A stretch of DNA of 64,000 nucleotides, from contig BTWA01000005.1 of the NCBI GenBank assembly GCA_045863295.1, forward strand, positions 96,001 through 160,000. The letters run 5' to 3'. Of the stretch, positions 9,320 to 19,094 are shown in pieces; within the stretch, counting starts at the first letter, position 1, and every line of letters starts with the position of its first letter. Source of the stretch: Candidatus Hydrogenedentota bacterium (lineage in GTDB: Bacteria; Hydrogenedentota; Hydrogenedentia; Hydrogenedentales; SLHB01). The notes under the pieces are model-generated. The model saw nothing but the letters and a program-made list of their open reading frames with translations, did no database searches and was not told the DNA's origin. The translations under genes were made by a program, and so were the position numbers.

Positions 9320-10686
9320 AGCGGTTCGTGTTTTTTGGCCTGGCACTCTTTCTTGCATTGCCATTGACAGCCGACGCCCAGGAAGCCGCGCCGACGCTGG
9401 AGGCCGGTGCTGCCAAGCGCAGTATTGTGCCGCCGTTTCCGACGCGCATGGGTGGGTTTTTTGATCGAGTCACGGATTTCGAGGGCGTAAGTTCGCCTAT
9501 TCACGCACGCGCGTTGGTGTGCCGATCGGGCGGCGAGACCGTGGCTGTTGTGACCACTGATTTGGTTGCCGTGTCCAAAGATCTGGTGATTGCATCGCGC
9601 GAGGCGATTCACGGCGAATTGGGGATTCCCACGGAGAACATCCTCATCAGCGCCACCCATAGCCATTCGGGACCCTCGGGCATCGAGCGGCAATTGGAGT
9701 ACCGTGGCGAATTCAACGAGAAGCTGTTCACCTTTCTTCGCGACCAAATAGCGGAGGCCGTGAAGGAGGCGCATGCCGGTCTGACGCCCGCGCACGTGGG
9801 TTTTGCGTACGGCGAACTGGACGGCATCACGCGCAACCGGCAACAAAACAACGATCTGGTGGATCCGCAACTGGGTGTGTTGCGATTAACGGAGACCGAC
9901 GGATATACGACCATTGCAACGTTGATCAATTTCACGGGCCATCCCGTCATTCTGGGCGGCGGAAATCTTCTGCTGTCCAGCGAATATCCGGGTAAGGCGT
10001 CGGACACCGTCGAGGCGGTGTTGGGCGGAATTGCATTGTATACCCAGGGGGCATGCGGCGATGTGACGATGCATCGTCAGGGGGATCCGTTCAAAGAAGT
10101 GGAGCGGCTGGGGACCTTGGTGGCGGGTTGCGTAGTGGAGACTTCCATGCGTATTCGGCCCAAAGCAGATTCGCGCGTATTGTCCCAGTTCGAGGAAGTG
10201 ACTGTGGGCCTTCGCGAGGTTCCGCCGGTACCCGAAGCAGAGGCGCGCTTGGAAGCCGCCAAAGCGGCGGCCGAAAAGGCCAAAGCGGATGGCGCGGACG
10301 AGCGAACCGTTGCAAAATTATTGCGCGCGGCCGACGCGGCGGAAACCACGGCGATGGTGGCAGGTTGGATCGAAAAGAATCCCGATGGTATGCGCGACGC
10401 GGCGAATGCTTCGGCGCACGTGATACAGATTGGACCGATGGTGTCTGTAGGGATACCCGGCGAACTATTTGTAGAGTACGGATTAGAAATGAAGCGACGG
10501 ATACGAGAAACCCTTGATCGGCCGATGATTCTGGTTGGCTATGCAAATGGCTATATTGGTTACATTGTCACTCCGAGGGCCGTGTTTACCGGAGGATACG
10601 AACAGGCGGTCGCGCGCGTGGATCAACACGCGGGACGATTGTTGACGGAAGCAGCCATGGAAGCGGCGGCAAATCTTGTTCGATAA
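9316..10686 (+). CDS. Exported neutral/alkaline ceramidase-like metallo-amidohydrolase
   Basis: Signal peptide MKRFVFFGLALFLALPLTADA; ATHSHSGP, GACGDV, GIPGELF, GYANGYIGY; SD AGGAG and ATGA overlap with thiD. Confidence 0.8.
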   Translation: MKRFVFFGLALFLALPLTADAQEAAPTLEAGAAKRSIVPPFPTRMGGFFDRVTDFEGVSSPIHARALVCRSGGETVAVVTTDLVAVSKDLVIASREAIHGELGIPTENILISATHSHSGPSGIERQLEYRGEFNEKLFTFLRDQIAEAVKEAHAGLTPAHVGFAYGELDGITRNRQQNNDLVDPQLGVLRLTETDGYTTIATLINFTGHPVILGGGNLLLSSEYPGKASDTVEAVLGGIALYTQGACGDVTMHRQGDPFKEVERLGTLVAGCVVETSMRIRPKADSRVLSQFEEVTVGLREVPPVPEAEARLEAAKAAAEKAKADGADERTVAKLLRAADAAETTAMVAGWIEKNPDGMRDAANASAHVIQIGPMVSVGIPGELFVEYGLEMKRRIRETLDRPMILVGYANGYIGYIVTPRAVFTGGYEQAVARVDQHAGRLLTEAAMEAAANLVR

Positions 10687-10726
10687 CCGTTGCCATACGC
10701 GTTCGCGGGTTCATGGGTGACGCGGG

Positions 10727-11518
10727 ATGTCCATGGACGTATTAACCCCCTACCTTTTTTCCGGGGCGCTCATGATTGCCGTCGCCGCCTGCGTATTAAT
10801 TGGGTGGCGTTTCGGCACCGGCGCGGCATGGCGATGGTTTGCATTGGGCGCGCTGACGTGGTTTGTTGCGATGCTGGGCAAAGTGGTCAGCGCTTGGATT
10901 TTTCATCCGTTGTTGCTTCCCATACTATCCGAGAACCTCTCTTATGCCTTCTACATGGTGGCCGGGTCCATTTATATCGGTGCGCTTACGGGCGTGTTCG
11001 AAGTAGGATTTGTGTGGGTGTTGGGCAGGCTTATTCCCAACGCCTTTCGACATCGATCTGCCGCCATTGCCGTCGGAGTCGGCGCGGGCGCGGTCGAGGC
11101 ATTTCTGTTGGGTGCCGGCATGGTGCTGGGGTACGCGGCATCCCTGGGTTCTGAGCAGGTGCATTCTCAACTTTCGGCGATGCTTCACGGATCGTACGAA
11201 TTGAATCCCGTAGGTTGGGCCATTGCGCCGGTGGAGCGTGTATTGGCAATTGCCTGTCATGTTGGATCCCGGGCGCTGGTATTTTACGGTCTCGCTACGG
11301 GACGCGGCCGTTATTTCTGGTGGGGCTTTTTGCTGCTCACCGCCATTGATGTCGTTGCCGGTTACGTCCATCTCAGCGGATTCATGCAGTTGCATTCGAC
11401 TTGGTGGGTGGAGCTTGCCTTATTGCCGTTCGCGCTGGTTTCCATTGTCATCACTCGCGCGCTCTACGCCACCTGGCCCTCGCCGTCCGTCAGCGCCACC
11501 GAACGCACCGGAGCTTGA
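10727..11518 (+). CDS. YhfC-family intramembrane glutamic-type protease (PrsW/CPBP clan)
   Basis: Multi-TM; GALTGVFE, GVGAGAVEA, VERVLAIACH motifs. Confidence 0.75.
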   Translation: MSMDVLTPYLFSGALMIAVAACVLIGWRFGTGAAWRWFALGALTWFVAMLGKVVSAWIFHPLLLPILSENLSYAFYMVAGSIYIGALTGVFEVGFVWVLGRLIPNAFRHRSAAIAVGVGAGAVEAFLLGAGMVLGYAASLGSEQVHSQLSAMLHGSYELNPVGWAIAPVERVLAIACHVGSRALVFYGLATGRGRYFWWGFLLLTAIDVVAGYVHLSGFMQLHSTWWVELALLPFALVSIVITRALYATWPSPSVSATERTGA

Positions 11519-11519
11519 T

Positions 11520-13139
11520 TCACCGCGATACCGGCGCCACGATGGGTGTTCGACTCACGGTAAATTCGCGGTTGCGCTCACCGAGATACACAAACGGCGA
11601 ACTGGCTTTTCGAAATGCACTTGCCGCCAGGGGCGACGTTTCAACGACATCCGCCAGGAACGGCGCAGCTAAGTAATATGCGCTCACGATGCCTTGCCCC
11701 ATCGCAGTCGGCTGCAACGTCTGGTCGCGGAAACTACGCAGGGCCTCAATTGCGCCAGGGTAATCCTTGAATGCCTTTTCCGCGGGGCAGATGCCGGTGT
11801 CCGTTCCGGGTCCCGGACCCGGATTGGTACCCTTCACATAATTCTGAATGGTCGGGTAAAAATCGCGAAACGAGGTGTAGTAATCTTCGTTGAAACGGGT
11901 ATCGGTGCAACTGTGCGTAGGGCCGTTGCTGAGTGTGCCTGTGATGCGATAGGCGGACGCGACCAGCAGCAATGGACTTCCCGACGACCCTCCTTCCGTT
12001 ACGCCGTTGTTCCAGTCCACATACGTCTGTTTTACAAACCCGGAGGAAGCCTGGTTGATGGCTTTTACCTGGCCATACGAAATGCGCATGTATTCGCCGC
12101 GCGGGAAGTGAATGCCTACAAGGTTTTCATTGACGACCGGGGCGCGCGTTTCCCAACCCAAATAGGCACGCCCCAAGGGGCCGCCGGGGACTTGATCGAG
12201 CCGCATCAACGTGAGGTCCAAGGTGCTGCTTGTGCCCAGCACGGACACACCGTTGCTTCGAGGCAGCGAAGAAAAAGACGGAGGATCGTTTGCGTTGCAA
12301 CTTGACGTTCGAAAGTCCCAGAGGATGTCCACTTGATTTGCATTGGCGTAACTGGGCACGCAATGCCACGACGTGAGATAGTAGGGCTCGTTTTCCGCCG
12401 TATCCGGATTATTGATGAGCGCGCCTGAGCACAGCGCACTGTCGAAATTACCGCTCGGGATAACCATCACGCCCACGCCGGTGGACAGGTTCTGGACCGT
12501 GGAATTGGACTCGCAATTCACGTCGATGTTGCACGACAGGGCCGCTTTGAGTTCGGCCGCCGATCGGAAGAAATGCGATACGCCCTGGAGTTCAATGGCT
12601 GGAGGGGTGTTGCCGGGTGTGCGCGCGACCAGCAACGCTGTATCGCCCTCGGTTGTGGGGAGCCAGTTGCCTTCGGGGATGCTGTCCTCTTGCGTATACG
12701 GTCCGAATGCACGTCCTCCCACGGTGTCGACCACATAGATCTCCTCGCCCTCGGCAAGTTGAGACAAGTCGACGATGAGGCGGAGTGCCGTGGCATCTGC
12801 CGAAACGATGGCGGCCAAGAAGACCGTGTATTCCTGGTCTTGGAAACTCGAGCCGAAGAGCGGGATGCCGGACATGTCCGCGGCGAATCCGGCGCCGACG
12901 CGCAGGACTTTTCGGTCGGTTTCAAAGGATTTCAGGGCTTCGTTCTTTCCCAGGTATGGCGCGAACGCGTGCACTTGATCGACCTGGGTTAGATAATTCT
13001 GTACGGTTTCCAACGGTAATGCGCTTAATGTGTCAAGCGATTTGGCCGCGACGGGCGCCTGATACGCGTAATCTGCGAATTGGCCGGCTTGCGCGTAGGC
13101 CGTAGATGCGATAAGTATTGCTAAACCCAGTTGGCGCAA
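11520..13139 (-). CDS. Secreted trypsin-like (lysyl-endopeptidase-like) serine protease with CFI-box-CTERM-like tail
   Basis: CSGALINN, LTSWHC (His), LDLTLMRL (Asp), GSSGSP (Ser); TTG start after AAGGAG; tail CPA...LRSFRD...AYY. Confidence 0.88.
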   Translation of the reverse strand: MRQLGLAILIASTAYAQAGQFADYAYQAPVAAKSLDTLSALPLETVQNYLTQVDQVHAFAPYLGKNEALKSFETDRKVLRVGAGFAADMSGIPLFGSSFQDQEYTVFLAAIVSADATALRLIVDLSQLAEGEEIYVVDTVGGRAFGPYTQEDSIPEGNWLPTTEGDTALLVARTPGNTPPAIELQGVSHFFRSAAELKAALSCNIDVNCESNSTVQNLSTGVGVMVIPSGNFDSALCSGALINNPDTAENEPYYLTSWHCVPSYANANQVDILWDFRTSSCNANDPPSFSSLPRSNGVSVLGTSSTLDLTLMRLDQVPGGPLGRAYLGWETRAPVVNENLVGIHFPRGEYMRISYGQVKAINQASSGFVKQTYVDWNNGVTEGGSSGSPLLLVASAYRITGTLSNGPTHSCTDTRFNEDYYTSFRDFYPTIQNYVKGTNPGPGPGTDTGICPAEKAFKDYPGAIEALRSFRDQTLQPTAMGQGIVSAYYLAAPFLADVVETSPLAASAFRKASSPFVYLGERNREFTVSRTPIVAPVSR

Positions 13140-13143
13140 TGGA

Positions 13144-14853
13144 TTACTCCTTTGTGGGCGCTTCGAGTCCGCTTTGCGCGGGCAAAGTTGGGTTCATTGT
13201 ACCATGTATAGACCTTGTACCGGCCTGGCTTTGGCCTGTTACATCCATTCGATTTCCCCATTCCGCTACGGGAAGCGCGATCGCCGTGAACGCGTTTCGT
13301 GCCACACCCGGTGTCGCTACCCAGCGGGCCATCTCCGGTGCGACTTTGTAGTATCCGTTTACCACGACGCGACCCGCAGCGTATTTGTTCAAACCCAAAT
13401 CCCTGAACGAGCGCAGTCCTGCCAGGATACCCGGATTGTCTTTGAACAGGAGTGCCGCGGGACACAGGGGTTGTACCGGATTCCAGCTTGCACAATAGCC
13501 GTGGGGCACGGAGTCGGGCTGAGGCGGGGTGGTGCCGCTGAGGAATCCGGATGCCTGTAACGCGAAATCCGGCACTGAGCCCAGCCAGTCGTCATTGTAT
13601 GTGGTAACCGTACAGGACATGTCCGGTCCGTTGCTCGTTACGCCTACGATGCGGTAATCCTTGCCGGGCAGCAGCACAGGCGATCCGGACGAGCCTTGTT
13701 CGGTAGTGCCGTTTGTGTAGTTGACGTGGATTTGCTGGACGAAGCAATCGGAGAATTCGTTGGTGCCTCGAACGGTTCCATAGGTGATTCGCATGTGCGA
13801 CCCGTTGGGGTGATGAATTGCGAGAACCGCCTCGCCTATTGACGGTGTTTCGGCCACCCATCCGAGATAGGCCCGGCCCAGCGAACCCACAGGCACGGAC
13901 GACAACCGCATGAGGGTTACGTCGAGGCTTGCGTTGGAAGAGAGGACGACTTCACCGTCACTTCGAGGCAGGCTTGCCAAGCCGGGCGGATCGTCCAATC
14001 CGCATCCCGAGGCGCGATAGTCCCATATAATGTCCACCTGGCCGGGAAAGAGGTAGTCGGGCACGCAATGCCATGCAGTGAGGAAATACGGTTCAAATGC
14101 TTGCGTGTCCGGATTGTTGATCAACGCGCCCGAGCATACCGTGCTGTCCAGCGTGGTGCCGCCGGACGTGACCATCAATCCGATACCAGTGGAGACTTGT
14201 TGCGCCATCGAGTCGTTGTCGCATGCGATGTTGTTGTGACAGGGCAACAATTTCAACGTGTCCGAAAGCGGCCGAAAGAAGTGGGACAATCCCAGGATCT
14301 CGAACGACGGAAGCGATTGTGTCGATCCGGTTGCGATAATAATTGCGGTGTCGCCTTGGATTGTGGGGGTCCAGCGGCCTCCCTCGACGGCGTCGGATTT
14401 TGTAAACGGTCCGAAGGCGCGTGGGCCGGTAGGATCTACCACGTAGATTTCCTCGCCCTGGTTGAGGGTGGATAAATCCAGGAACAAGCGCATGCCTTCG
14501 GCGTCGGCGGATTGAAGCGCGGCCGAACGAAAATAGACCGGGCCATCCCATTTGCCTTCGCCGAACAAATCGGCGGACAGGATATGTAGAGGCAATCCGC
14601 GCCCCACTTGATGAACGCCGGACGGTTCTGTTTCGGTTTCCAGCAGGGCGTTTTTGCCTTGGAAAGAAGTTATCACGTGGACGGCATCCACGTAGTTCAG
14701 ATAGGTTTGCAGCGTCCCGTCGGCAATCGATTTGGGGCCAGGCTGGACGTTGAGCGGAGAGTCCGGGGGGATGAATGCATGGGGAGCGGACATTTGGGCA
14801 CAAAGGTTCGCACATACAAAGGCGGCCGACACGACAATTGACGAAACGCGCAT
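13144..14853 (-). CDS. Tandem paralogue: secreted trypsin-like serine protease with CFI-box-CTERM-like tail
   Basis: CSGALINNPDT, LTAWHC, LDVTLMRL, QGSSGSP; tail CPA...LRSFRD...GYY. Confidence 0.88.
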   Translation of the reverse strand: MRVSSIVVSAAFVCANLCAQMSAPHAFIPPDSPLNVQPGPKSIADGTLQTYLNYVDAVHVITSFQGKNALLETETEPSGVHQVGRGLPLHILSADLFGEGKWDGPVYFRSAALQSADAEGMRLFLDLSTLNQGEEIYVVDPTGPRAFGPFTKSDAVEGGRWTPTIQGDTAIIIATGSTQSLPSFEILGLSHFFRPLSDTLKLLPCHNNIACDNDSMAQQVSTGIGLMVTSGGTTLDSTVCSGALINNPDTQAFEPYFLTAWHCVPDYLFPGQVDIIWDYRASGCGLDDPPGLASLPRSDGEVVLSSNASLDVTLMRLSSVPVGSLGRAYLGWVAETPSIGEAVLAIHHPNGSHMRITYGTVRGTNEFSDCFVQQIHVNYTNGTTEQGSSGSPVLLPGKDYRIVGVTSNGPDMSCTVTTYNDDWLGSVPDFALQASGFLSGTTPPQPDSVPHGYCASWNPVQPLCPAALLFKDNPGILAGLRSFRDLGLNKYAAGRVVVNGYYKVAPEMARWVATPGVARNAFTAIALPVAEWGNRMDVTGQSQAGTRSIHGTMNPTLPAQSGLEAPTKE

Positions 14854-14913
14854 AGTCCCGCTACCTGTTTGAAAACAGCACACCCCAACCCCGCGTTGCG
14901 CGTGTACTATACT

Positions 14914-15477
14914 CTATGCAGTCAATTCTGTTACCTGCAAACGCGGGGCCGGACCTTTTACGTCGAGAGCACCTTTCCAGAGTTCGCCGTAGTGCAATTC
15001 AATCCTATTCGCGAGCGCATCGAGGTCCAGTCCCAGGCGTTGTTCTTCGGTTAAGATTCCCGAAGCTTTCACGGTCGCGATCCTGTCCATGGCTCGTTTG
15101 CTGTGAATGCGGGCACCGCGATCGCTACCCAAGTGAGCCTTAAGTTGGGCCGCACTGTTGAAGATTAGCGCTTGCAGCAGGTAACGGTCGGTGGAGCCCT
15201 CGCGAGTGCGTTGCCAGAGGTTCTCCCAGGCTTCATGCGCTTCCCAGAAATAGCCGTTGTGGTACAAGTCGATTCCCCAGAGGTAGTCTATGCAATCGCG
15301 CCAGGGATGCAGCGGCAGGGGTGTGAGATGTGCGCCGCGCGAATGCCCCCGCGGATGTCCCGTCGGGTGCGGATTCAGACCCGGCACAAACCGGTAGGGT
15401 GGAAACGCCCGGTCTGGCGCGAGACGCGGGGCGTTTGGCCAGACCGGTTCCGGCTCGCATTTTGGCGGCAAACTCAT
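14914..15477 (-). CDS. DUF309 domain protein
   Basis: GIDLYHNGYFWEAHEAWENLW motif; GGGAG upstream of ATG 15477. Confidence 0.85.
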   Translation of the reverse strand: MSLPPKCEPEPVWPNAPRLAPDRAFPPYRFVPGLNPHPTGHPRGHSRGAHLTPLPLHPWRDCIDYLWGIDLYHNGYFWEAHEAWENLWQRTREGSTDRYLLQALIFNSAAQLKAHLGSDRGARIHSKRAMDRIATVKASGILTEEQRLGLDLDALANRIELHYGELWKGALDVKGPAPRLQVTELTA

Positions 15478-15519
15478 CGTGAGTTCTCCCAGGCGGTTCA
15501 TCCTGCTACCATGCTGCCG

Positions 15520-16461
15520 ATGAGTGACCGCGAATACAATTTGATTGTGGTATTGGGACCCACGGCATCCGGCAAAACCCGGCTTGCAGTAGAGCTTGCG
15601 CGAACGTTTGGGGGGGAAATCATTTCCGCCGACTCGCGGCAGGTGTACCGTGGATTGGATATTGGAGCCGGGAAAGACCTGAGCCTATACGGCGCCGGGC
15701 CGAATGCCGTGCGATACCACCTGATCGACGTGGCCGGACTGGAAGAAGAGTACAGCGTATTCCGGTTCCAGCGGGACTGTTTTGGCACACTTGCTGATTT
15801 ATTCTCACGAGGAGTTGTTCCAATTGTCGCTGGCGGCACGGGACTTTACCTCGACGCGGTGCTGAGCCGGTACCGTATGGTTGACGTACCGGAGAACGCC
15901 GAATTGCGGCGGGAAATGGCCGCCTTGTCCGATGAGGCTTTGCGCGCGCGCTTGAGCCGGTTAAAGCCTGACATGCACAACAGCACCGACATTACCGAGC
16001 GATCGCGTCTTGTCCGGGCGGTCGAGATTGCGGAATACAGCCGGATTCACGAGCCCGAACCGGCGCCGCGTTTCAAGGCCATACTATTGGGCGCGCGTTG
16101 GCCGCGCGAGGATCTTCGACAACTGATAGGCGAGCGCTTGAAGCATCGGCTGGAGCATGGATTGATTGACGAGGTGAGCGGACTGATCCGGCAAGGGGTG
16201 CCTCGCGAAAAGCTGCAATTTCTCGGGCTGGAATACCGTTATGTCGAAGACTACCTCTCGGGCCGAATCGCCAGCAAACAAGCGTTGCATCAGCAGCTTC
16301 ACGTTGCAATCGGCCAATTCGCCAAGCGACAGGAGACCTGGTTTCGCCGCATGGAGCGCCAAGGGCATGTGATTCACTGGATAGCGCGGGGCGATGCCAA
16401 GACGGCGGTTGGGATCCTCGCCGCACACGGTTTCAGGCCGCGCGAAACGTCTTTCCAATGA
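15520..16461 (+). CDS. miaA: tRNA dimethylallyltransferase
   Basis: GPTASGKT, SADSRQVYRGLDIG, GGTGLY, FAKRQETWFR. Confidence 0.96.
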   Translation: MSDREYNLIVVLGPTASGKTRLAVELARTFGGEIISADSRQVYRGLDIGAGKDLSLYGAGPNAVRYHLIDVAGLEEEYSVFRFQRDCFGTLADLFSRGVVPIVAGGTGLYLDAVLSRYRMVDVPENAELRREMAALSDEALRARLSRLKPDMHNSTDITERSRLVRAVEIAEYSRIHEPEPAPRFKAILLGARWPREDLRQLIGERLKHRLEHGLIDEVSGLIRQGVPREKLQFLGLEYRYVEDYLSGRIASKQALHQQLHVAIGQFAKRQETWFRRMERQGHVIHWIARGDAKTAVGILAAHGFRPRETSFQ

Positions 16462-17774
16462 CGAAAGATGCCCGATCGCTTATTCACCGGTATTTGAAGA
16501 ATCACGGGAGCTGCGGCGAGTGGCCCATGAGCAACGTGAATACTTTGGATGCCGACACCGTTGTTGTGATTCCCGCGTACAACGAGCGCAACACGCTGCC
16601 GCGCACATTGAAAAGCCTGGCAGACAATCCGGCGCATTTTCTTTGCAAGACTCTTGTGTTGTGCGTGGTGAACAACCGTGCCCCGGACCGCACGCCGGCG
16701 TCGGTGCTTCATTCCAATCAAGATACCTTGGAATTTTTGCGCGACGTAGCCGGCAATCCAAATTCTCCAGTGCGGGTTAGCTTTGTCGACGCTTCCTCGC
16801 CGGGCCGTGAACTGCCTGCAAAGGGGGGCGTCGGGCTTGCCCGCAAGATTGGCATGGACTGGGCGCTGCACATTCTTGCGGAGGCGGAGCAAGACCGCGC
16901 CACGATTGTCTGCCTTGACGCCGACACGCAGGTAGACAGAGATTACCTGCCGGCCATCCACGCGTGGAGGCGCGGTAGAGACGCATGGGGCGCGGTGCTG
17001 CGTTATGCGCATCCAATGGAAGAGGACGAAAAACTAAACTGGGGCATCACGCAGTACGAATTGTTTCTGCGGTATCATGTACTTGGATTGCGCTATGCCC
17101 GATCACCGTATGCCTTTCACACGGTGGGGTCTTGCATGGCCTGTACCGCGCAGGCCTACGCCGTGGTTCGTGGAATGAGCAAGCTTCAAGCCGGCGAGGA
17201 TTTCTACTTTCTGGAGAAGCTGGCGAAGACGGGTCCGATTCACGGCATTGAAGACACCGTAGTGCAACCGTCGCCGCGCCCTTCCGACCGGGTTCCGTTT
17301 GGCACGGGGGCTCGCATGCAGCAGTTTCTGGAGCAGCCGGAGGAGACGTATACGGTCTATCGTCCGGAATGTTATCGCGTGGTGCGCGCATGGATAGCGG
17401 CCGTCCAGCCGGATGCTACGGATTTGGAATTGATCCATCTCGCGGAACGTATTCATCCTGCGTTGCGCGCGTTTCTGGAGCAGGTGCAATTCTCGCTGGT
17501 CTGGCAGCGGATACAGTCGAATGCCGCGGATGACCGGACGATTATGGGTCAATATCATCGTTGGTTCGGGGCGTTTATGACGCTAAAGCTGATTCACCAT
17601 TTGCGTGACACTGTTTTTGCGCCGGTCCCATTGGAAGAGGCGCTCCAGTATGCGGAATGGGTTCCTTCGGGATGGTTTGGCATGAGCGCGGCGCTGGCAC
17701 GCGTGCGGGAGGTTGACATTATGAAGGAGCCCTCAGGGCTGGGGCGTGGCGCGCGAAATGGATTCCCCGAATAG
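16458..17774 (+). CDS. Glycosyltransferase family 2 (GT-A fold)
   Basis: VVIPAYNE, GVGLARKIG, LDADT, GEDFYFL; ATGA overlap with miaA. Confidence 0.88.
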   Translation: MTKDARSLIHRYLKNHGSCGEWPMSNVNTLDADTVVVIPAYNERNTLPRTLKSLADNPAHFLCKTLVLCVVNNRAPDRTPASVLHSNQDTLEFLRDVAGNPNSPVRVSFVDASSPGRELPAKGGVGLARKIGMDWALHILAEAEQDRATIVCLDADTQVDRDYLPAIHAWRRGRDAWGAVLRYAHPMEEDEKLNWGITQYELFLRYHVLGLRYARSPYAFHTVGSCMACTAQAYAVVRGMSKLQAGEDFYFLEKLAKTGPIHGIEDTVVQPSPRPSDRVPFGTGARMQQFLEQPEETYTVYRPECYRVVRAWIAAVQPDATDLELIHLAERIHPALRAFLEQVQFSLVWQRIQSNAADDRTIMGQYHRWFGAFMTLKLIHHLRDTVFAPVPLEEALQYAEWVPSGWFGMSAALARVREVDIMKEPSGLGRGARNGFPE

Positions 17775-17782
17775 CCGCTATC

Positions 17783-18106
17783 TTACCTTCGCACCTTCTT
17801 TATCATTGCATAGGCTTCGTTGACTGCCCGCATCATGTCTTCATCGCCGCCAAGATCGGGGTGGAATTGTTTGGCTTTCCGGCGGTATGCCTTCTCTATT
17901 TCTTCCCAGGCCGACGTGGGGGAGACGCCCAGGATGCGGTAGCACAGCTCCAGATCGGATTTGCCGGTTGCGGGGGCTTGTTGCTGCGGCGCTTCGCCCC
18001 GGAACTCGCGTAGTGCGCGGATGAACGGGGTCCACAGGCCGGTGATCACGAGAAACAGGATCAGTCCGACGACCATCAGCAATTCCTGAAAACCAACGTT
18101 GAGCAC
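17783..18106 (-). CDS. Membrane-anchored J-domain protein
   Basis: N-terminal TM; YRILGV...KAYRRKAKQFHPD...VNEAY; GTG start after GAGGGG. Confidence 0.9.
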   Translation of the reverse strand: MLNVGFQELLMVVGLILFLVITGLWTPFIRALREFRGEAPQQQAPATGKSDLELCYRILGVSPTSAWEEIEKAYRRKAKQFHPDLGGDEDMMRAVNEAYAMIKKVRR

Positions 18107-18122
18107 GGATCCCCTCGCGCTG

Positions 18123-18896
18123 CTATTTGCGGCGGCCCTTTTGTTCGAATTTAAAGATATTGTCGACGGCCTCTCCGAGGCGCTCCAAGCCGTCTTTCGG
18201 CTTCACTTCATTTTGCAGGCGCTTTTCCTGCCAGTCGCGCAGTTTTGGCACGGCTTTCATATACAGAAAGCCTGCCGCCATGCCGCCGAGGTGTGCCGGC
18301 ACAGACACGCCTTTCGTATCGCCGCTCATGAAGACATTCATGAACAGGATAATGACCACCAGAAACCACGCCTTTATGGGCACTGGAAATGGGAAGATGA
18401 ACACTTCGCGATGTGGATAGGCCACCGCAAAGGCCACCATAATCCCCGAGACCGCGCCGCTGGCGCCGACGATAGAGACGGCGTTTGCGCGCAGCACGGC
18501 CCATGCAATGGCCGCGGCGGCGCCGCCGAGGCCGCAGAAGACATAGAAGCGGTAGAATTTGCGCGTGCTTAGAATTCGTTCCACATCGGGGCCGAAGAAA
18601 AACAACACCAGCATGTTGCCGAACAGATGCATCAGCCCGTCGTGCAAGAAGAGATACGTGATTGGCTGCCAGATCCACCCCTGCAACACGAGATGGGGCT
18701 GGAGTGCAAACCATTGGGTCACCAACGACGCCGAGGGAGCCAGCGAGTTGCCGAGTTTGAACCCGAAAGGGATCAAGATCAGCAGTTGCAGGCTGAACGT
18801 GAGCGTGGTCAGCAATATCAGCCTCTGAACCGCACGTGTAATGCGGTTCTGTTGCGAATACTGCCGCCATTCAAATTGGTAATACGCGTTGCTCAT
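18123..18896 (-). CDS. Rhomboid intramembrane serine protease
   Basis: WQPITYLFLH, HLFGNM, GASG (Ser), AHLGG (His). Confidence 0.95.
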   Translation of the reverse strand: MSNAYYQFEWRQYSQQNRITRAVQRLILLTTLTFSLQLLILIPFGFKLGNSLAPSASLVTQWFALQPHLVLQGWIWQPITYLFLHDGLMHLFGNMLVLFFFGPDVERILSTRKFYRFYVFCGLGGAAAAIAWAVLRANAVSIVGASGAVSGIMVAFAVAYPHREVFIFPFPVPIKAWFLVVIILFMNVFMSGDTKGVSVPAHLGGMAAGFLYMKAVPKLRDWQEKRLQNEVKPKDGLERLGEAVDNIFKFEQKGRRK

Positions 18897-19094
18897 ACAA
18901 TCCTGTTGGCGAGCCGCCCCGAATTCTCAGTAATGCAGCCCGCCCGCCTTGGCGAACCGTAATCATAGCATGAACAGGGAGATGCCGCATCCCTGCGCAC
19001 GATCCGTGGAAACGGCACCCCGGGATTCGTTACTTCCACATTCAGTGGAATGGGCGACTCTTGCGGGGGTGGCCAAGGTACGGCGAGCATTCGC

